A stretch of DNA of 64,000 nt from Mobula hypostoma (taxonomy: Eukaryota). Under the pieces are notes generated by a model that saw only the letters and a program-made list of their open reading frames with translations, was not told where the DNA came from and did not search any database. The position numbers and the translations under genes were made by a program. Numbering within the stretch: the stretch's first letter is position 1; every line of letters starts with the position of its first letter. The DNA lies in contig NC_086100.1 of NCBI RefSeq assembly GCF_963921235.1, positions 11,594,001 to 11,658,000 of the forward strand, in the 5' to 3' direction. Shown piece after piece: positions 12,900 to 25,683 of the stretch.

Positions 12900-14970
12900 A
12901 GTAAAGCAGGATTAAAGCAGAGCGGCCATTGTGTGAGGGGACCAGCTTAGGAGTGGGAACGAGACTTTGGCGAGGAGGAGCAGGCAAGTTGCAAGTAAGG
13001 CTTTTGTAGTGATTGAATAAAAAGTTGCTAAATTACAGCTAATTAAATAAAGTAGGGATGATGAAGGATCAGGCGATCTGCCACAGCTGCATAATGTGGG
13101 AGCAGATAGAGTCTATTGTGGATCCTGGTGACCACATCTGCGGCAAGTGTTGGCTGGTCGAAGAATTCAGGCTCAAAGTTGATGACCTGGAATCTGAGTT
13201 TCAAACACTGCGGCCCATCAGGGGTGGGGAAAGTTTAACCTCTATTCTCTGTTTCAGGAGGTAATTACAACCATTAGATAAGCTGCCTCAAATTCAGCTT
13301 AGGCAGGTAGTGATATCTAAGAGACCATGCTGGAGGAGCTTCGGCCCTTGAGCTTGTCCAACATGTCCGAGATTTTTGCTCCCTGTATGCATGAGAGTTG
13401 GGGCTGTAGGAAGGATGAGCCGCCTAACTGTGACACCGTAGTTCAGGGAACCATTCAAGAGGGGGAAAAGAAGAGAAATGTGGTGGTAATTAGGGATAGT
13501 ATAGTCGGGGGAATAGGCGGAATTCTCAGTCGCGAGAATTGAGCGTCTCGAAGGCTGTGTTGCCCGCCCGGTGCCCGGATTCGGGGCATCTTACCTGAAC
13601 TGCAGAAGAATTTGCAGAGCGAGGGGAAAGATCCAGTGTCATGGTGCATGTGGGTACCAACGACTTCGGTAGAACGCGGAAAGAGTTTCTGCCGGGGGAA
13701 TTTGAGCAGTAAAGGACGAAATTAAAAAGTAGAACCAAAAAGGATTACTGCCTGAGCCGCTGCAAATTGTAATAGGGTCAAGAAAATTAGAGAGTTAAAT
13801 GTGCGGGAGAACATGGGTTTGAATTATTCGGAAATTGGCACCAGTATTGGGGAAGAAGGAAGTGTACCAATGGGACGGGCTCCGCCTGAACCGTGATGGG
13901 ACATGGATCCTAGCGAATCGCATGACTAGGTCTGTGGATATGGCTTTAAATTGAACAGTGGGGGAGGGGTGTATTCAACAGATTGGTGAAGTATGGATAA
14001 AGTATAAAAGAAAAGTGTAGTGGATGAAGATAAAGAAAAAAAACAGAAGATAAAATGAGACAAGTAAGAGTGATTTGAAGAAAATTCAAGTGCAAAAGAG
14101 TAAAAGATTACAGGATTTTAAAAGGACAATGAGTGTAAGGGCACTTTACTTGCATGCCAATAGGTTTCGACACAAGGTCAGTGAACTAGTGACTGAAATC
14201 AGTACAAAGAGGTATGATTTAGTTGCCATTACTGAGACGTGGTTGCAGGAAGGAGAGGATTGGGAATTAACTATCCAAGGATATCAGGAAACAGGGAAGG
14301 ATAGGCAGGAAGGTAAGAGAGTTGTGGTGGCGCTCTTAATTAAAGACGAGATCAGAGCAACAGTAAGAGACGATATAAGATCTAAGGAGCAGATTGCTGA
14401 ATCCTTCCGTGTACAGTTGAGGGACAGCAAAAGGAAAAATCAATGGTGAGAGTTGTTTATCGGTCACTGAATAATGACAGTACAGCGGCACAGGCAATAA
14501 ACAGAGAAAAATCTGAGACCTGTCAGAATGGAACAGCAGTTATCATTGGGGACTTTAACTTGTATGTAGATTGGGAGAATCGAGTTGGTCGAAGCAGTCT
14601 TGAGGAAGGCTTCATAGAATGCATATGTGATGGCTTTCTTGATCAGCGTTTTACTGAGCCTACAAGAGCACATGCTATCTTACATCTGCAATGACACAGG
14701 AAACATTAGTGACCTTGTAATTTGGGATTCTCTTGGAAAGAGAGAACTCAGTAGGAGCGATTGTTCGATTGAAAACCAGTGTATTATGCCTAAACAATGG
14801 AGACAACAATGGGGTGTGGGAAGATTTAGCTAGCGTAGATTGGGGACACAGGCGGTTGAGGAACAGTGGAAGAGTTTCAAAGAGATTTTTCACGGTGCTC
14901 AGCAAAAGTATATTCCAGTTAAAAGCAGGGACAGAAGGGGTGGGGAGAGCCAGCCTTGGATTTCTAAGGA
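12900..14970 (+). mobile_element. Degenerate CR1 LINE (ORF1 zinc finger/esterase and endonuclease)
   Basis: CHSC...CGKC zinc finger, RDSIV, HVGTND, AITETWL and GDFN motifs. Confidence 0.85.
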
Positions 14971-16144
14971 AACATTTTGGAGAGAGAGGGAGAGCAGCCA
15001 GGCGACTTGGTACATGTTGGTACCAGTGACATAGGAAGCAAAGAAGTCCTGAAAAAAAAAAGAACTTAGAGAGCTAGGTAGAGAGTCAGGGCTTCCCGGG
15101 TAGTAATTTCTGGATTGCTGCCTGTGCCACGTGCCAGTGAGAGTAGAAACAGGATGATTTGGCAGATAAATGCGTGGCTGAGAAGCTGGTACAGGGGCGG
15201 GCTTCAGCTTCTTGAATCATTGGGGGAGGTATGACATGTTCAAAAGTGAAGGGTCGCATCGGAACCCTGGGGCGACCAATATTTTTGCGGGCAGGTTTGT
15301 TAGAACTGCTGGAGGGTGTGTAAACTAATTTGGCTGGAGTGTAGGAAGCGGAATGAAGGGATTCCGGATAGGACGGATGGAAAGAAAGTGAAGATGGCGT
15401 GCAGTCAGGCTGTCAGGAAGGGCAGACAGGAGACGGGACTTAGTTGTAGCCAACAGGCTTAGTATCAAAACATTAGGGATGCAGAATCAGATAGGCTCGC
15501 GAATACGGTACTCAAGGTGTTGTATCAAAATGCACGTAGTATAAGAAATTAGTTGGATGTTCTTGTTGCACTATTGCGGATGACCAGGTATGATTTTTTA
15601 GCCATCACTGAATAGTGAACAGGAATGGTTGTAGTTGGGAGCTGAATGTCCAAGGTTACACGTAAATCGGAGGGATAGGAAGGTAACAGAGGGGGTGGTG
15701 TGGCTCTACTGGTAATAATGGCATAAAATCAGTAGAAAGATGTGACATAGGATTAGAAGATGTTGAATCCTGGTGGGTTGAGTTAAGAAACTTCAAGAAC
15801 GTTGATCGCAGCTGTATGCAGGGCCCCCGACACGGTTGGGAGGTGGACCACCGATTACAACGGGAAATAGAAATGGTGTGTCAAGGGCAATGTTATGGCA
15901 GTCGTGGGAGATTTTAACATGCAGATCGATTGGGAAAATCAGGTTGGTAATGGATCTCAAGAAAGTGAGTTTGTTGAATGCCTAAGAGATGGCTTTTTAG
16001 AGCAGTTTGTCGTTACACATGCCAGGAGATCAGCTATACTGGACTGGGTGTTATGTAATGAACCGGAGGCGGTTGAATGGCGGAGCAGGCTCGTCGGGTC
16101 CTACTGCTGCTCCTATTTCTTCTGTTGTTATGTACGTGATTACC

Positions 16145-18660
16145 CAGACCCGATACTACAGCCATGTATCCTTTCTGGGAGCATGTCTTCACCTCCAGCT
16201 TATAGCACCACACGGTTTACAGGTTGGTTTTCAAGCTGCTCGATTTACATCCTCCAAGGACCCCAGGTACGCACATTCAATTGGCTTCTTCTCCCGTTGT
16301 TTCTCCGTCGCGTTTTACGCGCCACACTTTCCGCCATGAGGAGGTACCTGGTGTCCCTATTCCAGTCACTTGCATAACTCCGGGATTCCTTCTCTGCCGC
16401 TGGTAATGGACCTGTCCTCTTCTTTAACCACCGCCTGATCCACGCTTTCAATCGCCAGTTCTTTGACTTCCTCCTGTCCTTCACGGATCGGAAGATTGCT
16501 CGTCTACAAACCACCGAATCTGATGATTCCAACGCCGGCAGGCCTTGACGTCTCTGGACTGCGATCCCTACTGATGACCTGAACAGCTCTAACAATCCAC
16601 AGGAGACTCATAAACCGGCTCCACTACCATTAATGCAGGCACCAAACACCTCGGACACCACCGAAGTGCCGATTGCGCAACCTCCAACTCCAACTCCGAC
16701 CTTGATCTCCAGGCCGGGTCCTCACGAGCTGCCGCTGGAACCTCCGTCTCTTCTTCCCCCAACACTACTCCACAGTCCCCTCTCTCTCCCAGCTCCTACT
16801 GCCAGCTCTTGGATCCTCGGAGACTCCATCTTCCTCTCACACCTCCATCCCTGAACACCCCAAACTTATTTTCCCCCTCTGATCCCATCTCTTATCTGTG
16901 CCAGGTTTTGACCACTCCCACCAACCTTCCCCTCTCTGAGGCAGAACGTTCTGTCCTTTATAAGGGCCTCACCTTTGTTCTGCTCTGTCCACACCCCATT
17001 GAGTTCCGCGTTCTCCACGACACTGAGCTCTTCCTCCGACTCCTCCGTTTTCGAGTCTTTTTTTTTGGCAAAGACTCTCCACCTCGCCCCGATGACCCCT
17101 TCTCCCGGTTTCAACCCTGCTGCTCTTTCTGGACGTCCCGCCTTGGTCTGCTGCCTGCTCTAGACCTTTTTTATTGCCAGGTACTGGCGGCACATTAACC
17201 ATCTCTAGACTTCAACGCTCCTATCTCCTATTCCAACGTCACTCTTTCCGAACGCTCTGCTCTTCATTTTCTCCGCACTAATCCTAACTCCACCATAAAA
17301 CCCGCAGATAAGGGAGTGCTGTAGTAGTCTGACTTACTGATCGGTACATTGCTGAGGCCCAGTGTCAACTCTCAGATACCTCCTCTTACTTACCCCTTGA
17401 ACAGGACCTCAGTAAGGAACACCAAGCCATTGTTTGCCACACCATCACCAATCTTATTGACTCTGGAGATTTCCCATCCACCACCACTAACCACATAGTT
17501 CACGCACCCCGCACTTTCCGTTTCTACCTTCCTCCCAAGATACACAAACCCGCATGTCCAGGTAGACCCATTGCTTCGGGTTATTCCTGCCCCTCTGAAG
17601 TCATATCGGCTTACCCCGACTCTGTTGTATCCGGCCCCCTAATTCAGTCCCTTCCCACCTACATCCGTGACACCTCACACACTCCTGATCTTTTCAAGGA
17701 TTTCAAGGACCCTGTTCCCCATCATCTCATTTTTACCATGGATGTCTAGTCCCTATACACCTCCATCCTTCACCAGGAGGCCTCAAAGCTCTCCGTTTCT
17801 TTCTGGACCTAAACAGTTCCCCTCCACCAGCACTCTCCTCCGCCTAGCGGAACTTGTTTCCACTGTCAATAATTTCTCCTTTAGCTTCTTCCACTTCCTT
17901 CAAACAAAAGGGGCAGGCATGGGTACTCGCATGGGTACCAGCTATGCCTGCCTGTTTGTTGGCTACGTGGAACATCCTATGTTCTAACCTACACTGATGA
18001 CCGTCCCGCACTTTTCCTACGCTACATCGACGACTACATTGGTGCTACTTCCTGCACTCGTCAGGAACTCTGTGGACTTCATTCACTTCGTCTCCAACTT
18101 TCACCATGCCCTCAAATCCAACTGGTTCATTTTCGACACCGCCCTTCCCTTTCTCGATCTCACTGTCTCTATTTCTGCAGGCAACTTATCCACCGATAAC
18201 TATTACAAACCCACGGACTCTCACAGCTACTTAGACTACTCCTCGTCCCACACTGCTACCTGTAAAACCGTCATCCTCTTTTCTCAAATCCCCCGTCTCC
18301 GCCGCGCCCGCTCTCAGGATGAGGCTTTTCATTCCAGTATGAAACAGATGTCCTCCTTTTTCAAAGAAAGGGGCTCTCCTTCCTCCAGCATCAACGCTGA
18401 CCTCAACTGCATCTCTTCCATTTCACGCATGTCTGCTCTTATCTTATCCTCCCGCCACCCTACCAATGATAGAGTTTCTGCTGTCCTCACCTACCACCCA
18501 CCAGTTTCCGCGTCCAGCATATAATTCTCCGAAACTTCCGCCACCTCCAACGGGATCCCACCACCAAGCACATCTTCCCACCCCTCTTTCTGCTTTCCAT
18601 AGGGATCGCTCCCTGTGCGACTCTCTTGTCCACTCGTCCCTCCCCACTGATCTCCCTCCT
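16145..18660 (+). mobile_element. Penelope-like retroelement RT ORF, frameshifted, lacking the GIY-YIG end
   Basis: SHVSFLGACL N-terminus, LSEAERSVLYKGLTF, IKPADKG, PKIHK..PGRPI, GAGMGTRMG, RYIDD (18020-18034), LPFLDL, YKPTDSHSYLDYSSSH. Confidence 0.9.
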
Positions 18661-19779
18661 AGTAGTTGTCACATTTGTGAAGGAGAAGCTAAAGTCTGGT
18701 AAAGTCAGTGAGGTAAAGAGAATTTCAGAGGCACGAGAGAGGAGCTGGCCAAAACTGACTGAAAGTGAACACTATCCGGATGAAGGCAGAACAGTAATAG
18801 CTGGGATGTCTGGGAGCAATTCGGAAAGCGGAGGATATATTCATCCCAAAGAGAAGTATTCTAAATGACGGATGACATAACGGGGTCTGCCAAGAGAAGT
18901 CAAAGGCAACATAAAAGTCAGAGAGATGGCATGTAATAGAACAAAGTTTAGTGGGAAGTTAGAGGATTGGGAAGCTTATAAAAACCAACAGAAGGCCACT
19001 AAAAAGGCATAAAGAAGGAAAAGATGGAATACGAAAGTTAGCTAGGCGATAATATTAAAGAGGATACCGAAAGTTGCTTTAGACAATGAAGTGTAAAAGC
19101 GAGGCCAGAGTACTGTACCGCTGGATATGTTAGTGGAGAGGTAGTAATGGGGGACAAGGCGTTGGCGGGACGAATAGAATAAATACTTTGCATCAGTCTT
19201 CATCTTCGAAGACACCAGCAGTATGCGGGAAGTTTGAGAATCACGGGGCAGATGTGAAGTTGAAATTACTAGGGAGAGGTATCTGAGAAAGAGAAAGGAA
19301 AGGAAGGTCGATGAGTCACCTAGACCAGATGGTGTACCTGGACCAGATGGTGTACACCACAGCGTTCTGTAAAACGTGGCCAGAGAGTCCGTGGAGGCAT
19401 TGGTAATGATCTTTCAATAATAAATTGATTCTGGCATGGTTTGGAGGACGAGAAATTTGCAAATGTCATGCCACTCTTCAATAAATGAGAGAGGCAGAAG
19501 AAAAGGAAATTAAAGGCCAGTTAGCCTGACCTCAGTGTTTGGAAAAATGTTCGAATCGATTGGCAATGATGTGGTTTCAGAGTACTTGGAAGCACATAAT
19601 AAAATAGACCGTAGCCAAAATGGTTTCCCTTAGGGAGAATCCTGCCCGACGAACCTGTTGGAATTCTGGAGGGGCACATAGTTTTGAGGAAGCAGAAAGG
19701 CTACAGAAGGACAAGTGAGAATGGGTAATGAAGAGGGAGATATATTCCATTTCGGGGATTCCTAAATGGACATTGAAGC

Positions 19780-20012
19780 TTTGCACACTGCCTCACTTTT
19801 TTAATATACAGTATTTCTGTTTTTGCACATTTTAAAATAATCTATTCAATATATGTAATTGATTTACTTGTTTATTTATTATTATGTTTTATTTTACTTA
19901 TTATTTTTTTCTGTCTCTGCTAGATTATGTATGGTATTGAACTGCCGTGGCGAAGTTAACAAATCGCACGTCACATTCCGATGATAATAAACCTGATTCT
20001 GATTCTGACTCT
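19780..20012 (+). mobile_element. LINE 3' end (L2/Rex1-like) with (ATTCTG)n tail
   Basis: AT-rich UTR, AATAAA, then CCTGATTCTGATTCTGA. Confidence 0.6.
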
Positions 20013-20069
20013 GGGAACGATCATGCAGTTTATTGGAAGAAATAAAAGCGAAGACTGTTTTCTAAATTT

Positions 20070-20742
20070 AGATAAGATTAGATTAGATTATGAGGACATG
20101 CAGTCCTCTTTTATTGTCATTTAGTAATGCATGCATTAAGAAATGATACAATTTGTTCCCCCAGAATGATATCATAGAAACACAAGACAAACCAAGACTA
20201 AAAAAACTGACAAAAAACACATAATTATAACATATAGTTACAACAGTGCAAGCAATACCGTTATTTGATAGAAGAACAGACCATGGGCAGGATAAAAAAT
20301 TCTCAAAGTCTCTCGAAAGTCCCATCATCTCACGCAGACCGTCTTCCTGCCATGAGCTTCGAGCGTCGCAAACTTGCCGATGCAGCATCCTGGAAGCACC
20401 CGACCACAGTCCGACTCCGAGTCCGTCCAAAAACTCCGAGCTTCTGACCTGCTCTCCGGCAGCGAGCACCGAGTACCATCTCTGCCGAGCGTTTCGACCC
20501 CGGTCCCGGCAACAGGCAATAGGCAAAGCCGAGGATTTGGGGCCTTCCCCTCCGGAGATTCTCGATTGCACAGTAGCAGCGGCAGCGAAGCAGGCATTCC
20601 AGAGGTTTCTCCAGATGTTCCTCCGTGCTTCTCACGGCTGTCTCCATCAAATCAGGATTGTCCACGACATCCTACTTCACAAATATGATATCAATTCTGA
20701 GCGGCCGTGCGCGCTGCGTCGCGCTGCCATCTTCTCCTCCAC
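20070..20742 (-). mobile_element. Non-autonomous retroposon (~670 bp), copy 2
   Basis: Homologous to 5386-6062; 5' GGAGGAGAAGATGGCAGCG, (AATCT)n tail, tttaga repeated on both sides. Confidence 0.75.
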
Positions 20743-21048
20743 TCTTTAGAGAAAATTTAGAGAAAATTTAAAAATCTGAGGTATAAAATGACTTGGAGGT
20801 CCTCCATGCTTCCCTAAAGGTTCATTTGTAGGTTGAATCTGTGGTGAGGAGCGCAAAGCAATGTTAACTTTCATTCCTAGAGGACTAGAATATAAAAGCA
20901 GGATGTAATGTTGAGGATTTATAAAGCATTTGGAGTATGGTGAGCAATACTGAGCCCCTTATCTAAGAAAACATGTATTGACATTGGAGAGGGTTCAGAG
21001 GATGTTTACGAAATGAATCCTGGATCGAAAGGCTTATCATATGAGGAA

Positions 21049-21778
21049 CATAGAACATATAACATAGAATAGTACAGCACAGTACAGGTCCTTCGACCCA
21101 CAATGTTGTGCTGACCCTCAAATCCTGCCTCCCATATATAAGCCCCCACCTTAAATTCCTCCATATACCGGTCTAGTAGTCTCTTAATCGTCACTAGTGT
21201 ATCTGCCGCCACCACTGACTCAGGCAGTGCATTCCACGCACCAACCACTCTCTGAGTAAAAAACCTTCCTCTAATATCCCCTTTGAACTTCCCACCCCTT
21301 ACCTTAAAACCATGTCCTCTTATATTGAGCAGTGGTGCCCTGGGGAAGAGGCGCTGGCTATCCACTCTATCTATTCCTCTTATTATCTTGTACACCTCTA
21401 TCATGTCTCCTCTCATCCTCCTTCTCTCCAAAGAGTAAAGCCCTAGCTCCCTTAATCTCCGATCATAATGCATACTCTCTAAACCAGGCAGCATCCTGAT
21501 AAATCTCCTCTGTATCCTTTCCAATGCTTCCACATCCTTTCTATAGTGAGGTGACCAGAACTGGACACAATACTCCAAGTGTGGCCTAACCAGAGTTTTA
21601 CAGAGCTGCATCATTACATCGCGACTCTTAAACTCTATCCCTCGACTTATGAAAGCTAACACCCCATAAGCTTTCTTAACTACCCTATCCACCTGTGAGG
21701 CAACTTTTAGGGATCTGTGGACATGTACCCCGAGATCCCTCTGCTCCTCCACACTACCAAGTATCCTGCCATTTACAG
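21049..21778 (-). mobile_element. Young 5'-truncated CR1 LINE (RT C-terminus open)
   Basis: QRDLGVHVH...RPHLEYCVQFWSP...LGLYSLERRRMRGD; TTCTATG-type tail at 21049. Confidence 0.92.
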
Positions 21779-22524
21779 TTTTTCAGTCGAATCTCTTTTA
21801 GTAAATAATATGCACACTGTTCATTAAAAATAAGTCACTTTACAATGAATAAAAATGGGGGTGGTGATAGCGGTGTGGTTCTGTATTCTTAAAAAAGAGA
21901 GAATATTCAACACCTGTGGAAACTGTTCCATTGTGTCTGTCCTTTAAAATATTTATTTTGTCCCGTCGTCTATTTGATAAAATGATAACGCTAATATGTT
22001 TCCAGTATAGCTGCTCACTATAAGTCTATTGCCTGTCAGACAATGCATTATATTCTCAATATTTGAATCATGGATCTAATCACCAATAACTAAATCGAAG
22101 ACACTTTTTGACTGGAAATGAATTAAATATATATTTACTGCACTGTAACAACATGGGTGCATTCACAGTATATCTCAATATTCCCCATTTACAGTCCGCA
22201 ATAGCAGTACCCTTGAAGCAGCACAGAATAAGTAAAGCGGAGAAGATTTCATATTAGAAGTACTCTTTATCAACACATTTACTTCGCAGTCTCATATTCA
22301 CATCATTATGATCTTGTGCTTTAATGTCTACTTGTATTGCACTTTCTCTGCAGCTTTTAAGCTTTATCGTGCATTGTCGTTGTTTTATCTTGTTCTACCT
22401 CAATGCAATGTGTAATAACGTGATCCGTAAGACGAATATGCAAGACCCGTTTTAACTGTGTCGAGGAACTTGTGACAATAATAATCAAATACCAGTAAAT
22501 TAACATCAATGCCACTTAACGCTT

Positions 22525-23429
22525 TTATGAAGACACTTTCCCCATCAAATGTTTCCTTGTATTTCTCTCCGGCTTTAACAATATGATGTAACATTTAGGT
22601 GCAAAGATACAGAAAAGTAAACCGAAACTGGAAGCCAAAATTGCAAACACTTCCACCGCCACAGTGAATTTCCCGGGCGAACTGACATAAGCTGGAAAGA
22701 AAGATATCCAAACAGCGCAGAAAATTAGCATGCTAAATGTAATGTATTTCGCCTCGTTGAAATTGTCTGGCAGATTTCGTGCCAGAAAGGCAACAGCAAA
22801 ACAAACCAATGACAGGCAGCCAATGTAACCCAGGACGCAGTAAAATGCTACTTCCGACCCCACGTTACACTCCAGAAGGATCACTTCATTCGAATACGCC
22901 ATGTTTTTGACCGGGAGGGGTGGGGATTTGATGAGCCAGACGGTACATATTAAGCATTGTAACAGTGTAGGAAGAAACACAGTCAGGCGTTGTTGAATGG
23001 GACCAAACCACTTGGCCACATTACTGCTGGGTAGTTTTGCCTGAAATGCCATCACCACAACAATCGTTTTGCCCAAAACACAAGAGACACAAAGGACGAA
23101 AGCAACACCAAACATAGTGTGGCGTAACATACAGGACCATGCAGACGGCTCGCCAATGAATGTGATTGAACAGAGGAAGCAAAAGCTCAGTGCGAGGAGA
23201 AGAAGGAAGCTGAGCTCAGCATTGTTTGCTTTCACGATCGGAGTGTCTTTGTGAAACAAGAAAATGCCAGCAATCGTAGCAGTGAAGCAAGTTCCGATCA
23301 GCGCCAGCGTCGTCAGAACAATCCCCATCATCTCGGCAAATGAGAGAAAGTCAAGATGCTTCTGTATGCATTGGTCTTGTCGGTCGTTGGGCCAGGAATC
23401 GCTGGGGCACCTCATGCACTCAATTGAAT
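22525..23429 (-). CDS. V2R/OlfC-like receptor gene B, exon 6 (end of cysteine-rich domain and 7TM)
   Basis: aag acceptor; (G|AT)DSIECMRCP...[16 protein letters not shown]...[19 protein letters not shown]...APKCYIIL, then stop; 905 bp. Confidence 0.96.
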
Positions 23430-23516
23430 CTTGAAGGAGGAAAGGGAAAGCTGATTTATAAGCGGACTGGTGACACCTGCGGCCACATGAACCATAAAGA
23501 TGTTACTTGTCCATAC

Positions 23517-23640
23517 CTGTGGCGTTACTGATCGTACCTTCGGCGCACGGAATGCAATCGAAGCAACAAATAGGCTGTCCCTTGCGAGCTGCTTTTCTTG
23601 TTCCAGGGGAACAGTTGTTGGAACAAACTGCCCGGGGAAT
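23517..23640 (-). CDS. Gene B exon 5 (cysteine-rich domain)
   Basis: [41 protein letters not shown]; 124 bp as in gene C; GT donor; acceptor is GAG. Confidence 0.93.
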
Positions 23641-24509
23641 CTCGTGGCAAAGAACAATAACGCATTAGTGTCTATTTTTTGGAAGTAAATTATCACTCGG
23701 TGGGACGGAAAAGCTACTGAGTTTAAAGTGTAGCGTGGACACATTTAACTGGGACCTGAGGGGCAATTTCTTCACGCCGAGGAAATATCACTACCGGAAT
23801 AAGTTTAATGTGAGGTGTGAGGCAGAGTTTAATTGACTTGAGAGGCATCTTCTTCGTCCAGAAGGTTAGAGGTTTCGGGAAAAAAACTGACAGAGGAGGC
23901 GGTTTAGCCAGCTGTAATAATTGGTTGATCTTACCGTTTAGACGCTTAGGTGGGTCCATAGATGGGACAAGTTTATAGCGATGTGGGCCGTGCGGACAAA
24001 TAGGCGGGTACCTTGCTTAGCACGGGCGAGTTAGATCGAAGAGCCTTTGTCTCGACTGTATAACTCTATGGCTCGGAATATCAGTACCTTGGTCGATCTT
24101 AAAGACTTTCGTATACGGAGAATAAATCATCAGCAAACTCGTCGTATATTTTTCTGGGTGTAATTCGGGGGAATTGTAAGCGCCTAGAATTTTTTTCCCC
24201 AATATTTTTCAACTGGAAAATATTTGTCCCCCAGGTAATTACAGTTTGCCTGTATTACCGCATGCCTTTCTTATACAACGATGTCTGCCAGAGCTTTATA
24301 GCTCCGGGTAGACTCTATATCTGCCAACATTCGTCTACTTTTAGCAACCTGGCCTTTCGTTATCCGCGGACCGCCTATAGTTCAGCGGTATTATTACCTC
24401 ACGAATCTGAATCATGATGTTATGTAACAGAAAGAAATTTGGCCCTTCGTTAGCTCTTAAATGCCAAAATTATATTGTGAAAACAGGAAGCATATTTTTT
24501 ATGTATTAC

Positions 24510-24737
24510 CTCTTTGCGACCACCAGTCCAAACAATAGATCCGACATTTATCATGACCTGTTCTTCTGAAGGCGCGGATCCGTCATAATTTCCGACTATC
24601 GAAACAGCGGCAATCCCTTCGCTGTTCACCTGCCAGTTCACAATATCGTACGTAGGCACCGAATCTCCGTTTTCGTTGAAATTTACCCTTTCGTCTACCT
24701 TAGTTGTGAAGTTTAGTGATTGCATGTAATGCAATAC
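24510..24737 (-). CDS. Gene B exon 4
   Basis: tag acceptor, [10 protein letters not shown]...FNENGD...YDIVNWQ...[11 protein letters not shown] donor; 228 bp as in gene C. Confidence 0.95.
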
Positions 24738-24846
24738 CTACTAGAGGAAGACACAGACGATAAAACATGACATTGGTCACCCAAAATTTTGCATAAATCT
24801 CGAGTTTTAATTGGACTTCCTGGACAACTTGGTCAATTCTACGTAC

Positions 24847-25683
24847 CTGCCATGGCTGAAAGTCTGAAATGTTTGCACAAGACTGATTGACAAATGGACC
24901 TTCGCCACTTTTACACGAAAATATATTGTGAAGTGCATGGGCTATAGCATAAGTAGCCTCATAAACTTTGTTGGTCACCCTCAGCTGAGATGCGTCCGTG
25001 TAGGTGTTAGACACAGTCTTTAGGCTCTCCGTTCCTGTACATTGACGAAGCTGTGAGGTGGACATTGGGATTCCTGTGATATTGTCTATTCTTTTCAGGC
25101 GACAGCCAAAGGTCTTCTCCCAAAATTCTTCAACTAAAAGATTACCGGGATAGGCAGAGGGATGGAGATCCGTTAAGAAGTATTTGAAGCCCGGGATATT
25201 CACTTTACGGATGGCGATCCCGATGGATCCAGTAACGAATCTTTTGTTCTCCTCTGGAGATAAGAGCGAAGTTGCGATCCACGCTTCACTGCCCACCCAC
25301 TGGATTCCAGAAATGTTTTGTCGAACAATTTCCTTCAATAAGCTGTCCATGACCGCCTGAGTGAGAAAAGCCACCACGACTTTCGTGGACGATGTCCGAA
25401 TAACGCGAGTAACATAAAGTATCCTTTCTCTCGAATACGTCCTGTGGAAAGACTCGGAGAAGGCAATGCAAACCCCAAGCTCCTGAACCGTCTCAGTAAA
25501 GGCCTGCATCCCAAAGTTGCCGTAATCGTTGTCGCTCCTTACCGTTCCAATCCAAGTCCATCCAAACCTCCTGACAAGTTGGGCCAACGCTTTAGCCTGG
25601 AAGTAATCGCTTGGGATCGTTCGAAAGAAGGAGGGGAATTTTCGCCTGTTGCTGAGACAGGCACACGTGGCGAAATAGCTCAC
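24847..25683 (-). CDS. Gene B exon 3 (Venus flytrap domain)
   Basis: [11 protein letters not shown]...FFRTIPSD...FGWTWIG...DNDYG...GSEAW...AIAHALH...FQPWQ; cag/GT boundaries; 837 bp. Confidence 0.96.

Larger units (their letters stand above)
14975..21045 (+). mobile_element. Degenerate CR1 LINE hosting nested Penelope-like and other insertions
   Basis: Esterase end, GDFN and LDWVLCNEPE up to ~16070; resumes near 18670 and continues through RT-like sequence. Confidence 0.8.

Noticed and set aside
20083-20749. Multiple overlapping 90-167 aa ORFs
   Set aside because: GC-rich repeat; the frames are not preserved in the second copy at 5386-6062.
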